A stretch of 64,000 bases of DNA from the NCBI GenBank assembly GCA_038849525.1, contig JAWCMS010000001.1:206584-270583 (forward strand), read 5' to 3'. A program made the translations under genes and the position numbers. The notes under the pieces were generated by a model. The model ran no database searches and was not told the DNA's origin. It was given only the letters and a program-made list of their open reading frames with translations. Within the stretch, counting starts at the first letter, position 1, and every line of letters begins with the position of its first letter. Positions 19,777 to 29,118 of this stretch are shown piece by piece. This DNA is from Candidatus Pacearchaeota archaeon. Lineage in GTDB: Archaea > Nanobdellota > Nanobdellia > Pacearchaeales > JAHJTO01.

Positions 19777-20982
19777 ATGATAAATTACAAAAAAAGTATC
19801 ATAATATTAGTTATTATATTTTTCTTAATTTTATTTCTATTTTTGAAAAATTCAGTTAATTATCATATTCAGTGCGATGTTTTAACTGAAAAAATCTGTG
19901 CAGACGTTCATGAACCAGTAAATTTAAATGAAATTTTTAATAAAAAAGAAAACAATTCACATAGCCCACAAATCGCTATAGATTCTAAGGGTAATCCATA
20001 TGTAGTTTATTATCAAGGATTTGCATATTATGATGGAAAAAAATGGATAGAAAAAAATATCACTGATTTATGGGTTCCTGATATTGCAATTGCCAGCGAT
20101 GATTCTATTCATGTAGTATATAATCTTTGGGGAAGGATAACAAATTATATCAATTCATTTGATAAAGGCGAAAGTTGGGGGAATCATGTTGTATTGCATC
20201 CAAATTACGGATATTGGGCTAATATTTTTATTGATAAAAATGACACCATCCATGTTGTGTGGGGAAGAGATAGTTTAGATAACAATTTGGATACTGTCTT
20301 TTATTCTAGATCTTCTGATTTTGGAAAAACATGGTTTAATTCTTCAATTTTAATGGGTTCAAATGAACCAAAAGTTGCTGTTGATAATTTAGGATACATT
20401 CATGTTGTAGTAGGCAATCAAGTTTGTGCAGACCAAGGAATAAATGGTGACTTTTGGTGTGGCGTCAGTTATTCAAGATCTACTGATGGGGGATTGACAT
20501 GGTCCACTCCTTGGAATTTTGATTCAGATGCCTTACCAGGCAACAAATCAGGGCATCCTCACGTTGCTGCTGATAGCAAAGGAAATGTCTACATAGTATG
20601 GTCTCAAAATAATAATTTGTTTTATAGAATTTCTAAAGATAATGGAAAAACATGGTCAAAGGAAAAGAAAATACCTTTTAAAGGATATGCTTTTTTTACA
20701 GAAATAGTTGTAGATGAAAATGATAATTTACATGCAGTCTGGGCTGACGGCGGAGGGGTTGATGCAAATGAGTTTAATGGAAGGGGCATATTCTATTCGA
20801 TCTATGATGGTAATAAATGGACCAATCCAATAGTAATTTCTAATCCAAATGTAAGTGCTTATAGACCGGGGATAGCTATAAACAAAAATAAAATAGGGAT
20901 TGTGTGGGCTGGAGGCGGAGGGCACCCTATAAATGACGAAAATGTTTTTTTCAATTCAATAGATATTTTACAAATAAAATAA
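19777..20982 (+). CDS. BNR/Asp-box repeat beta-propeller protein (sialidase-like), membrane-anchored
   Basis: N-terminal TM anchor. Repeated blades each ending in a hydrophobic-His-VVW motif (IHVVYN, IHVVWG, IHVVVG, VYIVWS, LHAVWA, IGIVWA). Four Asp-box SxDxGxTW motifs (DKGESWG, SSDFGKTW, STDGGLTW, SKDNGKTW). Confidence 0.75.
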   Translation: MINYKKSIIILVIIFFLILFLFLKNSVNYHIQCDVLTEKICADVHEPVNLNEIFNKKENNSHSPQIAIDSKGNPYVVYYQGFAYYDGKKWIEKNITDLWVPDIAIASDDSIHVVYNLWGRITNYINSFDKGESWGNHVVLHPNYGYWANIFIDKNDTIHVVWGRDSLDNNLDTVFYSRSSDFGKTWFNSSILMGSNEPKVAVDNLGYIHVVVGNQVCADQGINGDFWCGVSYSRSTDGGLTWSTPWNFDSDALPGNKSGHPHVAADSKGNVYIVWSQNNNLFYRISKDNGKTWSKEKKIPFKGYAFFTEIVVDENDNLHAVWADGGGVDANEFNGRGIFYSIYDGNKWTNPIVISNPNVSAYRPGIAINKNKIGIVWAGGGGHPINDENVFFNSIDILQIK

Positions 20983-21003
20983 TACTCAATTATATATTAT
21001 ATG

Positions 21004-21669
21004 TTAAACAATCATTGGCTGTTTTCCATTAAATTTGCCTTTATATCTTCCTCTTGATTCAACTTTTTTTAATTGTTCGAGAACTCCTAAACTTCCCACT
21101 TTTCTATAACCTTCGATAACCGCTGCAAACAAATCTTGCCAATTTTTAAAATGTCTGCTTTCTAGGGCCTGTCTTAACAAATGTAAATCTACAGCTTTGT
21201 CTTCTATTCTTGCCGATTGAAAACCTAATCCAAAATCTATAAAATAAATCTTATCATTTTTTAGTATTATATTAGAAGTTGTCAAGTCGCCATGAATTAT
21301 GTGATTATTATGAAGCTCTGCTATCTGTTCTCCAAGTTGATAGCAGATTTTTATCTGTTTTTTTAATGGTAGTCTATCTAAATTTTCAGATAATTTTTTA
21401 CCTTCGACATATTGCATTTCAATTTCTGTATTTTTTATCGAAAGAACTTTTGGAACATTTACTAATTTACTGGCTTTTTCGAGAAGTTTTGCTTCTCTTC
21501 TAGTTCTTTGAGTTCTAATTTTTTTATCAAGTTGTGGATGCCGATAGCCTTTTGTGATCCTCTTCTTTTTCAAAATTTTATTTTCTTTTATTAGAAGAGC
21601 TTCAGCACCACAAGCAATTATTTTTCTCATTATTAGAATGTAATTAGTAATTAATTCCTTTTTTTGCAA
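21004..21669 (-). CDS. bud32: KEOPS complex kinase Bud32 (PRPK)
   Basis: Small RIO-type kinase: GAEALLIK..., catalytic HGDLTTSNIIL and DFGLG motifs, about 220 aa. Confidence 0.8.
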   Translation of the reverse strand: MQKKELITNYILIMRKIIACGAEALLIKENKILKKKRITKGYRHPQLDKKIRTQRTRREAKLLEKASKLVNVPKVLSIKNTEIEMQYVEGKKLSENLDRLPLKKQIKICYQLGEQIAELHNNHIIHGDLTTSNIILKNDKIYFIDFGLGFQSARIEDKAVDLHLLRQALESRHFKNWQDLFAAVIEGYRKVGSLGVLEQLKKVESRGRYKGKFNGKQPMIV

Positions 21670-22150
21670 TCATCTTCTTTGGCATTTTCAATGCCTTAAT
21701 TTCATTAACATAGTCTGCAATCGAAATAAGCTTTTTTGAAGCATATCTCCCTGTAAGAACAATATCTGTTTTTGGGTGTTTTTTTTGATAATTTTTAATT
21801 TTATTTATGAAGTAATCTTCATCAAGAAGGTTCCATGCTACTGCCAATACAGACTCGTCAAGAATAAGTAAATCTGTTTTAAATTCTTCAGCATCTTTTA
21901 TTACAAATTCTAATCCCGCTCTTGAAATTTCTTTATCTTCTAAAGTAAGATTTTTTTTACCTTTCCAACCTTTTCTTCCAAGTTGAATTATCTTATAATT
22001 TTTATTTTTAAATTTGTACTCCCCTGTATTCTTCCAGTATTTCATGAATTGGGCAATATAAACTCTATGACCTTGCCCTAAAGAACGCAAAGCCAACCCT
22101 AATGCACTTGTTGTTTTTCCTGCTCCTGTTCCAGTATAAAGATATATCAT
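21644..22150 (-). CDS. cobO: ATP:cob(I)alamin adenosyltransferase (CobA/CobO family)
   Basis: P-loop YTGTGAGKTTSALGLALR...VYIAQFMK, LILDE and LTGR motifs as in CobO/BtuR. Its 5' end overlaps bud32 by 26 nt. Confidence 0.75.
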   Translation of the reverse strand: MIYLYTGTGAGKTTSALGLALRSLGQGHRVYIAQFMKYWKNTGEYKFKNKNYKIIQLGRKGWKGKKNLTLEDKEISRAGLEFVIKDAEEFKTDLLILDESVLAVAWNLLDEDYFINKIKNYQKKHPKTDIVLTGRYASKKLISIADYVNEIKALKMPKKMIAKKGINY

Positions 22151-22205
22151 TTTTTTATAACATTATATCAGTAAGATTTTATTAACATTTGCTTTTAGTT
22201 GCTTT

Positions 22206-24173
22206 TTATAACGGACATATTCCTTTAGGGCAACTTTGTGCAAATTGCGATTTGGCTATTAATCCTTCAGCGCCTTTATATAAAACTTGTTTTTCTTTGC
22301 TGCCATACCTATAAATTGTAATTCCTTTACATTTCAATTTCCATGCAAGTAAATAAATTTTTTTAATATCTTCCTTTGTTGCTGTCTGTGGGAGATTCAC
22401 TGTTTTACTTACTGCATTGTCTACATATTTTTGAAATACAGCTTGCATTTTTACATGCTGCTCAGGAGGGATCTCTAAAGCTGTAACAAATATTTTTTTA
22501 ATATCATTTGGAAGATTTGTTTCTTTTAAGGTCCCAGTTCTTATTATTTTCTTTATTATTTTCTCATTCCATAAATTTCTTTTAATTAGCTCATTTTGGA
22601 AAATTGGATTGATTTCAACTAATTTTTTGTTTTCAAGTACTTCTCTATAAAAAGCAAGAGCAAATAATGGTTCTATTCCTGAACTGCAACCAGCTATTAT
22701 TGAAATTGTTCCTGTTGGAGCAATTGTAAGCATAGTTGTATTTCTTTTTGATTTCTTTTTCGCTTCTTTCTTGATGAAAGATATGATCTTTTTGGCTAAT
22801 TTAAATGACTCTTCTGAACCATAAGGAATTTTCATTAATAAAAGCATATCTGCGAAACCCATTATTCCCAATCCTATTTTGCGGTTTTTTTTAGTTATTT
22901 TTTCTATTTCAGGTAGAGGATATTTATTTTTGTCAATTACATTATTAAGAAAAGAAACTCCTAAATGTGTAAGTTCTTTTAACTTATTCCAATCTATTAC
23001 TATCTTTCTTTTGACTTTTTTTAATACTTTTACTAAATTTATGCTTCCTAAATTACATGATTCATAAGGTAGCAAAGGAACTTCGCCGCATGGATTAGTA
23101 GCTTCTATTTTTTCTTTCAAAGGATTTTTTCTATTTATTTCATCAATGAATATTAACCCTGGATCACCTGTTTGCCAAGCATTCTCAACAATTAAATCAA
23201 AGAGTTGTTTTGCATTTATTTTTTTAACAACCTTATGGTTTCTTGGATTAATCAAATTGAAATTTTTATTTTTTTCAACTTTTTTAAGAAAATCATCTGT
23301 TACTGCAACTGAAATATTAAAATTACTTAGTTTCTTATCTTGTTTTGACATTATAAATTCAATAATGTCAGGATGATTGATATTTAATATCCCCATATTT
23401 GCACCTCTTCTTTTTCCCCCTTGTTTAATCGTTTCAGTAGTTGCATCATAAATTTTCATAAATGACACTGGACCACTTGCGATACCTTTTGTTGATTTTA
23501 CTATGTCTCCTTTAGGCCTTATTTTTGAAAAGCTAAAACCTGTCCCTCCTCCGCTTTGCTGTATTCTCACCATGTTATTGAGAGTCTTAAAGATACTTTC
23601 GAGAGAATCTTCTATAGGCAATACAAAGCAAGCAGACAATTGTCCAATTTTTGTGCCCGCATTCATTAATGTCGGGGAATTGGGCAAAAATTCAAGATTT
23701 TTCATCGCATTAAAAAATTTTTTCTTTTCCTTTTGATTATTCCCAATAAAATTCGCAACTCTTTTGAACATTTCTGTAGGAGTTTCGATTATATTTCCAT
23801 TGTTATCTTTCAATAAATAACGTTCTTCAAGAACTTTTAAAGCATTAACTGAGAGCTTTAAATCATCTTTGATTTTAAAATACTCTTTGATTTCTCTTGC
23901 ATGCCCTCTTGAACGCCTATATAAAGAATATACTTTAAATAATCTTGAATCATGTTTTTCAAGAACTTGTTCAACAATATCTTGGATTTCTTCTACCGAA
24001 GGAATTTCGATACCTTTAGCTTCAAGTTCAGAAATTACTTCATTTGTAAAAAGTTTGGATTTTTTTCTGTCTAAAGCATCAATAGCTTTTTGAGCTTTTT
24101 CTATTGCATTTTGAATTCTTTCAGCTTTAAAAGGTACCACCTCTCCTGTCCTCTTTATTACCTCTTTTATCAT
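22206..24173 (-). CDS. nrdJ: Class II (adenosylcobalamin-dependent) ribonucleotide reductase NrdJ with N-terminal ATP-cone
   Basis: ATP-cone at the N-terminus (VIKRTGEVVPFKAERIQNAI). Active-site NPCGE motif typical of class II enzymes. C-terminal redox Cys pair (CPKGICPL). Confidence 0.85.
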   Translation of the reverse strand: MIKEVIKRTGEVVPFKAERIQNAIEKAQKAIDALDRKKSKLFTNEVISELEAKGIEIPSVEEIQDIVEQVLEKHDSRLFKVYSLYRRSRGHAREIKEYFKIKDDLKLSVNALKVLEERYLLKDNNGNIIETPTEMFKRVANFIGNNQKEKKKFFNAMKNLEFLPNSPTLMNAGTKIGQLSACFVLPIEDSLESIFKTLNNMVRIQQSGGGTGFSFSKIRPKGDIVKSTKGIASGPVSFMKIYDATTETIKQGGKRRGANMGILNINHPDIIEFIMSKQDKKLSNFNISVAVTDDFLKKVEKNKNFNLINPRNHKVVKKINAKQLFDLIVENAWQTGDPGLIFIDEINRKNPLKEKIEATNPCGEVPLLPYESCNLGSINLVKVLKKVKRKIVIDWNKLKELTHLGVSFLNNVIDKNKYPLPEIEKITKKNRKIGLGIMGFADMLLLMKIPYGSEESFKLAKKIISFIKKEAKKKSKRNTTMLTIAPTGTISIIAGCSSGIEPLFALAFYREVLENKKLVEINPIFQNELIKRNLWNEKIIKKIIRTGTLKETNLPNDIKKIFVTALEIPPEQHVKMQAVFQKYVDNAVSKTVNLPQTATKEDIKKIYLLAWKLKCKGITIYRYGSKEKQVLYKGAEGLIAKSQFAQSCPKGICPL

Positions 24174-24223
24174 TTTGCTATATCTTATAAATAATAATTA
24201 AATTATAAACTTTATCGCTTTTC

Positions 24224-25585
24224 TTAAAATTTGAATTTTCCTTTAAATTTTTTTGCTAAATCTATCATCTGCTTTTTTGACATTTTTGAGATATCTAAAT
24301 TTTGCATATTTTTTGCTTGTTTATAAAAAGATTTAATTAATTTGTATTGGCTGAGAAGTTCTCTGACATCGGAAGATGAAATATTTGAACCTTTTGCTAT
24401 CCTTGCAATTCTTGTTCCTGTAATTATTTCAGGATTTTCTATCTCTTCTTTTGTCATGCTATCAATTGCATACTTAAATTTTTTCAATTTTTCTTCTTGA
24501 ACGCTTATAAGATTTTCAGGAATTTTTATTTTTCCCATTCCTGGAATCATTTCTGCTATTTTTCCTAATGGACCCATTGATTGCATTGTTTTTAGTTGCT
24601 CGTATAAATCAAGTAAGGTAAATTTTCCTTCTTCTAATCTTTTTTCAAGTTTTTCTTTTTCTTCATTGCTTATAGCAAGTCTTGCCTTTTCAATTAGAGA
24701 CTCTATATCTCCCATTCCAAGCATTCTTGAAACAAAAGCAGTTGGATTGAAAATCTCAATATCGTTGATATGCTCACCTGTACCAATGAAAAGCACAGGT
24801 GCATTTGTTTCATTGCATGCTGTCAAGACTCCCCCTCCCTTTGCGGTACCATCCATTCTTGTGATAATAACTCCAGAAATACCAATTATTTTTTGAAATT
24901 CTGAGGCTTGTTTTTTAGCTGCTTGCCCAATATCAGCAGGCATTACTAAAATAACATCATCTGGCCGAATTGCAGATTTTAAATCTTTTATTTCTTTTAT
25001 TAATTCATTATCTAAGACATCTCTTCCTGCGGTATCTATCATAATTATATCATACTTTTCAAGCTGATTTGAAAACTGATTCCATATCTTTATAGGATTT
25101 TTTTCAGTTTTGTTAACAAAAACAGGAATTTTTATCTGTTTTGCTAATTGCTCAATTTGTTCTGAAGCAGCAGGACGATGAGTATCTAAGCCAAGTATTG
25201 CAACCTTGAATCCTCGTTTTGCATAATAATTTGCAAGTTTTGCAATAGTTGTTGTCTTTCCGCTTCCATATAAACCGAGAAACATCATTTTTTCTTTATT
25301 TTTTAATTTAAGTTCGTGTTTTTCTTTTCCAAGAATGTTTACAAGTTCATCATGTATTAACTTAATAAGATGCTCTTTTTTTTCTAAAGTTGATTTTTCT
25401 TCTATTGCTGTTTTTCTTATTTTTTCACTTAACTGGAAAACAAGTTCAACGTTGACGTCTGCTTCCAGAAGTGCACGTTGAATTTCTTTAATTATATCAT
25501 CGATGAGTTTTTTGTCTATAAAAATCGTTTCTGTTAATTTCGATATTGCATTTTTAAATGCAGAGCCTATTTTTTCTAGCACCAT
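24224..25585 (-). CDS. srp54: Signal recognition particle protein SRP54
   Basis: NG domain with GLYGSGKTTT and DTAGR motifs. Met-rich M domain (MQSMGPLGKIAEMIPGMGK). Confidence 0.95.
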   Translation of the reverse strand: MVLEKIGSAFKNAISKLTETIFIDKKLIDDIIKEIQRALLEADVNVELVFQLSEKIRKTAIEEKSTLEKKEHLIKLIHDELVNILGKEKHELKLKNKEKMMFLGLYGSGKTTTIAKLANYYAKRGFKVAILGLDTHRPAASEQIEQLAKQIKIPVFVNKTEKNPIKIWNQFSNQLEKYDIIMIDTAGRDVLDNELIKEIKDLKSAIRPDDVILVMPADIGQAAKKQASEFQKIIGISGVIITRMDGTAKGGGVLTACNETNAPVLFIGTGEHINDIEIFNPTAFVSRMLGMGDIESLIEKARLAISNEEKEKLEKRLEEGKFTLLDLYEQLKTMQSMGPLGKIAEMIPGMGKIKIPENLISVQEEKLKKFKYAIDSMTKEEIENPEIITGTRIARIAKGSNISSSDVRELLSQYKLIKSFYKQAKNMQNLDISKMSKKQMIDLAKKFKGKFKF

Positions 25586-25734
25586 ATTTATTATTGAATG
25601 TCAGTCATCAAAAAACCTATAACATTTTTGGTTTTCAAAACTTTTAAGGATTTTTGATTTATAAAGATAGTGAATTTCAAATATCCTTTAATTTCTATAT
25701 CTCTAAATATTCCTTAAAATTAATTAAATCAGAA

Positions 25735-25878
25735 TTATCTCATTATTTCATCAATATCAAAAAATTTTGTTTTTATTTCTATATTTTCAATATATGCTGT
25801 ACCACAAAAAGGGCATACTTTTGTTTCAGAATTAGATTGCCATAAATAACCACATTTTTTGCATTTCAGTTTTGGCAT
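25735..25878 (-). CDS. Small C4 zinc-ribbon protein (47 aa), paralog A
   Basis: Minus-strand ORF MPKLKCKKCGYLWQSNSETKVCPFCGTAYIENIEIKTKFFDIDEIMR, with CxxC-x13-CPxCG and an acidic tail. Absent from the ORF track (shorter than 60 aa). It overlaps the spurious plus-strand ORF 25654..25845. Confidence 0.55.
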   Translation of the reverse strand: MPKLKCKKCGYLWQSNSETKVCPFCGTAYIENIEIKTKFFDIDEIMR

Positions 25879-25901
25879 TTTTTATATAGCTAATAGATAG
25901 A

Positions 25902-26051
25902 TTATTTCAGCATGTCATTTATATCTTTGAAGTTAGCATCAGCATTGATTTCTTCTAACGTTTCTTCTCTTCCACAAAATGGACATAATCTAGGTATTCT
26001 CGATGTCACTTTGAAAACATGCTTGCATCGATAGCATCTTACATCTGTCAT
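25902..26051 (-). CDS. Small C4 zinc-ribbon protein (49 aa), paralog B (RpoP-like pattern)
   Basis: MTDVRCYRCKHVFKVTSRIPRLCPFCGREETLEEINADANFKDINDMLK. It has the same CxxC...CPFCG core and the same acidic F.DI(N/D)(E/D)(I/M)(M/L) tail as paralog A. The Y.C..C...R.CP.CG pattern resembles RNA polymerase subunit P, but the basic C-tail is lacking. Confidence 0.55.
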   Translation of the reverse strand: MTDVRCYRCKHVFKVTSRIPRLCPFCGREETLEEINADANFKDINDMLK

Positions 26052-26127
26052 ATTTTATTAGCATTATTAAGTAATATAAATTTTGTTATAATTGAAAAAT
26101 ATAAACCAAAAAATAATAATATCTGAA

Positions 26128-27207
26128 TTAATTAAAAATAGAGTTTATTATTTTGTTTTTATCAAAAATTTCCAAATCATCATAATTTTGGCCTGTACCT
26201 ATATAAAGAATAGGTTTTCCTGTGACTTTTGATACAGAAATCATCGCACCACCTTTTTCATCTATATCTGCTTTTGTTAGGATTATTGCATCGATACCTA
26301 TTGACTTATTGAATGCCATAGCTTGCTCTACTACGTCATTTCCAGTTATGCTTTCTCCAACAAATATCTTCAAATCTGCTTTTGCTACACGAGAAATTTT
26401 TTCCATTTCTTTCATTAAATCAGCTTTTGTATGCATTCTACCAGCTGTATCTATCAAAACAACATCTTTTCCAGCTGCCTTTGCATGTGCTATTGCATCA
26501 AAAGCCACTGCTGCAGGATCTGCACCATACTGATGTTTTATAATATTAATCCTTAACTTATTAGCATGTTTTTCTAGTTGTTCTATACTTGCTGCCCTGA
26601 AGGTATCTGATGCTGCAAGAACACAGCTTATTTTATTTTTTTGTAGTAAATGTGCAAGTTTTGCAATAGTTGTTGTTTTTCCAGAGCCATTAATGCCAAA
26701 AAAGATTATGACAAATGGCTTTTTTGATTCTTTTATCTTTGTTATTAAATCGAAAGGTTCTATAAGTATTCTTTCAAGAGCTTCTTTTAATGAATCTTTT
26801 ATTTTTTCATCAATTTCTTTTTTACTTATTGGCTTATTTAGTAATTCATTTTTAATTGATTTTTTGATTTCGTCTATTACAGAAACAGCTACATTATTTT
26901 CAAGCAGTATTATTTCAAGATTATGAAAAATCTCATTAAAATCTTCTTCATTTAATTTTGTTGTCGTAAATTTTTCTTTTATTAAACCAAAAAAACTTTT
27001 TTTCTCTTCTTTATTTTCTATTTCTTTACATGTTTTTTCTATTCCTTCTTTTAGTTTTTTTTCTTTTTCTTCAAGCTCTTTTAACTTTTTTTCTTTTTTT
27101 TCTTCTTCTAACTTGAGAATTTTCTTTTCTTCTTCTGCTTTTTCGTCTATATCTTTTTTTAATTTAGATAATACATTTTTTAATTTTTCTTTAAATAACT
27201 TGAACAT
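26128..27207 (-). CDS. ftsY: Signal recognition particle receptor FtsY
   Basis: KE-rich N-terminal region, then an NG domain with GINGSGKTTT and DTAGR motifs. Confidence 0.95.
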   Translation of the reverse strand: MFKLFKEKLKNVLSKLKKDIDEKAEEEKKILKLEEEKKEKKLKELEEKEKKLKEGIEKTCKEIENKEEKKSFFGLIKEKFTTTKLNEEDFNEIFHNLEIILLENNVAVSVIDEIKKSIKNELLNKPISKKEIDEKIKDSLKEALERILIEPFDLITKIKESKKPFVIIFFGINGSGKTTTIAKLAHLLQKNKISCVLAASDTFRAASIEQLEKHANKLRINIIKHQYGADPAAVAFDAIAHAKAAGKDVVLIDTAGRMHTKADLMKEMEKISRVAKADLKIFVGESITGNDVVEQAMAFNKSIGIDAIILTKADIDEKGGAMISVSKVTGKPILYIGTGQNYDDLEIFDKNKIINSIFN

Positions 27208-27308
27208 AATAAAATAAATCGATGATAGTTTTTAAATACCTATGTTTAATTTTTTTATGCAATTTTTCTTACAGAAAAGCTTAATAATCTTGAAATTTTC
27301 TTAAAAGA

Positions 27309-28559
27309 ATGAAAAAGCTAAGGGATAAATTAGTTTTTGTAATTTTAGATGGTGCTGCAGATAGAAAATGTAAAGAATTACAGAATAGAACTCCTTATGA
27401 AACCGCATTTAAACCAAATCTTGATTGGTTTGCGGAACATGGAAAAAATGGTCTGCTTTTGCCAGTGAAAAAAGGAGTTTCGCCGGAGTCTGATGCTGCT
27501 ATTTTTTCTTTGTTTGGTGTAGATCCTTATAAAGAACATATAGGAAGGGGGAGTCTTGAAGCATATGGTGCAGGAATTTCTCTAACTATGGGTGATTTAG
27601 CTTTAAGGACTAACTTTGCAACAGTTAGAGACAAAAAAATTATTGATAGAAGAGTTGGAAGAACTTTAACAACAAAGGAGGCTATTATTCTTGCTAATTC
27701 TATTAATAAAAAAGTCAAGATTGGTTTTCCTTTTATCTTTAAACCAACAATACAACATCGTGGCGTATTTGTTATTAGAGGTAGTTTTTCTGACAATATC
27801 TCAAATACTGATCCTGCTTACAAGCAGAGAAGCATCGCTGTAAAAATCAACACTCAAAATCTATTACAACCTTCAAGGCCTTTAGATGATGATGAGGTTT
27901 CTAATTTAAGTGCAAATCTAATTAATAATTTTGTCGAACAAAGTCACAAAATATTAAGAAATCATCAAGTTAATGTTAAACGATTAGAAAAAGGTCTTTT
28001 ACCGGCAAATGCTATCCTAACGAGAGATGCTGGAATTGAATTACCTTCTTTACCGAAACTTGAAGGGAAATGGTGTGCGATAGTGGGTATGCCTCTTGAG
28101 ATAGGTATTTCGAAGCTGCTTGGAATGCAAGTTATAGAATTTAAATATCCAGAAATGATTAGTACAGACGTTTATAATCATCTTTATATTTCTTTAAAGC
28201 AATATCTTGATTTTATTAAAAAAGTACTGGAGAAAAATTTGAATAGTTTTGATAATTTTTATATCCATATCAAAGAAACAGATATACCAGGTCACGATGG
28301 TTTACCTTTACATAAGAAAAAAATGATAGAAATTATTGACGAAAGACTTTTTAGTTTTTTAAGAAAATTGGATGTTAAAGTATGTGTGACCTCAGACCAT
28401 GCAACACCTTGCTCTCTGAAGAGTCATTCTGCAGATCCTGTTCCGGTATTGTTCTATGGAAAAGATAAAGATAGAATATCAAGATTTGATGAGATTTCTG
28501 CAAAAGCAGGTGGATTTGGAATTATAAAAGGTATTGATTTGCTAAAAATTATAAAATGA
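27309..28559 (+). CDS. apgM: 2,3-bisphosphoglycerate-independent phosphoglycerate mutase, archaeal type (ApgM)
   Basis: LVFVILDGAADR at the N-terminus, VTSDHATP near the C-terminus, about 415 aa. Confidence 0.85.
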   Translation: MKKLRDKLVFVILDGAADRKCKELQNRTPYETAFKPNLDWFAEHGKNGLLLPVKKGVSPESDAAIFSLFGVDPYKEHIGRGSLEAYGAGISLTMGDLALRTNFATVRDKKIIDRRVGRTLTTKEAIILANSINKKVKIGFPFIFKPTIQHRGVFVIRGSFSDNISNTDPAYKQRSIAVKINTQNLLQPSRPLDDDEVSNLSANLINNFVEQSHKILRNHQVNVKRLEKGLLPANAILTRDAGIELPSLPKLEGKWCAIVGMPLEIGISKLLGMQVIEFKYPEMISTDVYNHLYISLKQYLDFIKKVLEKNLNSFDNFYIHIKETDIPGHDGLPLHKKKMIEIIDERLFSFLRKLDVKVCVTSDHATPCSLKSHSADPVPVLFYGKDKDRISRFDEISAKAGGFGIIKGIDLLKIIK

Positions 28560-29116
28560 TAACTTATTCTGAACTTTACGAAATTTTAAGAAAAGAAAAA
28601 TATAATGAACAATTACAAACTCTACCAAAAAATTTTTTCAAGGAAGTTGCGGAATATTTTCAGGATAAAAAGAAAATAACTGAAAAAAATAATGAGGTTT
28701 TCTCTGATGTTATCGCAAAAACGAAAAAGCAATTTGAAAATGCAATGTCAGTACTAAAAGAAATAATAACAAGGAGACAGAAAAAAATCATTGAACTAGC
28801 ATTGATAGCAGCAAAAACAGGAATAAGCAAAAGAGAAGCTGAAAATATGTCTGAATCAGAACAAAGACTTTTTGATATCATAGTAAAGGAGTTAGAACAA
28901 GAAGAAAAAAAGATTAATGAATTAATAAACGGACAGTATGGAGAGAAAGATTTAAAAAACAAACTTGTAAGATTTAAACAAGATACAGCCGAGTTTCTTG
29001 ACATGAACGAAAATAAACTTGGTCCTTTTAAGGTAGGAGATATAGCAAATCTCCCAAAAGAGATAGCTTCAATCCTAATAAACAATGGAAATGCGGAGGT
29101 TTTAGAGGAAAACTAG
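28556..29116 (+). CDS. gins51: GINS complex subunit Gins51 (Gins15)
   Basis: MITYSELYEILRKEK...LQTLPKNFFKEVAEYF matches the archaeal Gins51 N-terminal A-domain pattern. About 185 aa. ATGA overlap with apgM. Confidence 0.65.
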   Translation: MITYSELYEILRKEKYNEQLQTLPKNFFKEVAEYFQDKKKITEKNNEVFSDVIAKTKKQFENAMSVLKEIITRRQKKIIELALIAAKTGISKREAENMSESEQRLFDIIVKELEQEEKKINELINGQYGEKDLKNKLVRFKQDTAEFLDMNENKLGPFKVGDIANLPKEIASILINNGNAEVLEEN

Positions 29117-29118
29117 AA

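Noticed and set aside
21644-21669. 26-nt overlap between the bud32 3' region and the cobO 5' region, as a possible frameshift or fusion
   Set aside because: Both proteins are full-length in their own frames. A same-strand overlap of this size is common in compact genomes.
25654-25845. 63-aa plus-strand ORF from the track
   Set aside because: It overlaps the better-supported minus-strand Zn-ribbon gene (25735..25878) and has low-complexity F/Y/I-rich translation.
28660-29085. 141-aa minus-strand ORF inside the GINS51 gene
   Set aside because: Antisense shadow frame with Ser/Phe-rich low-complexity product.
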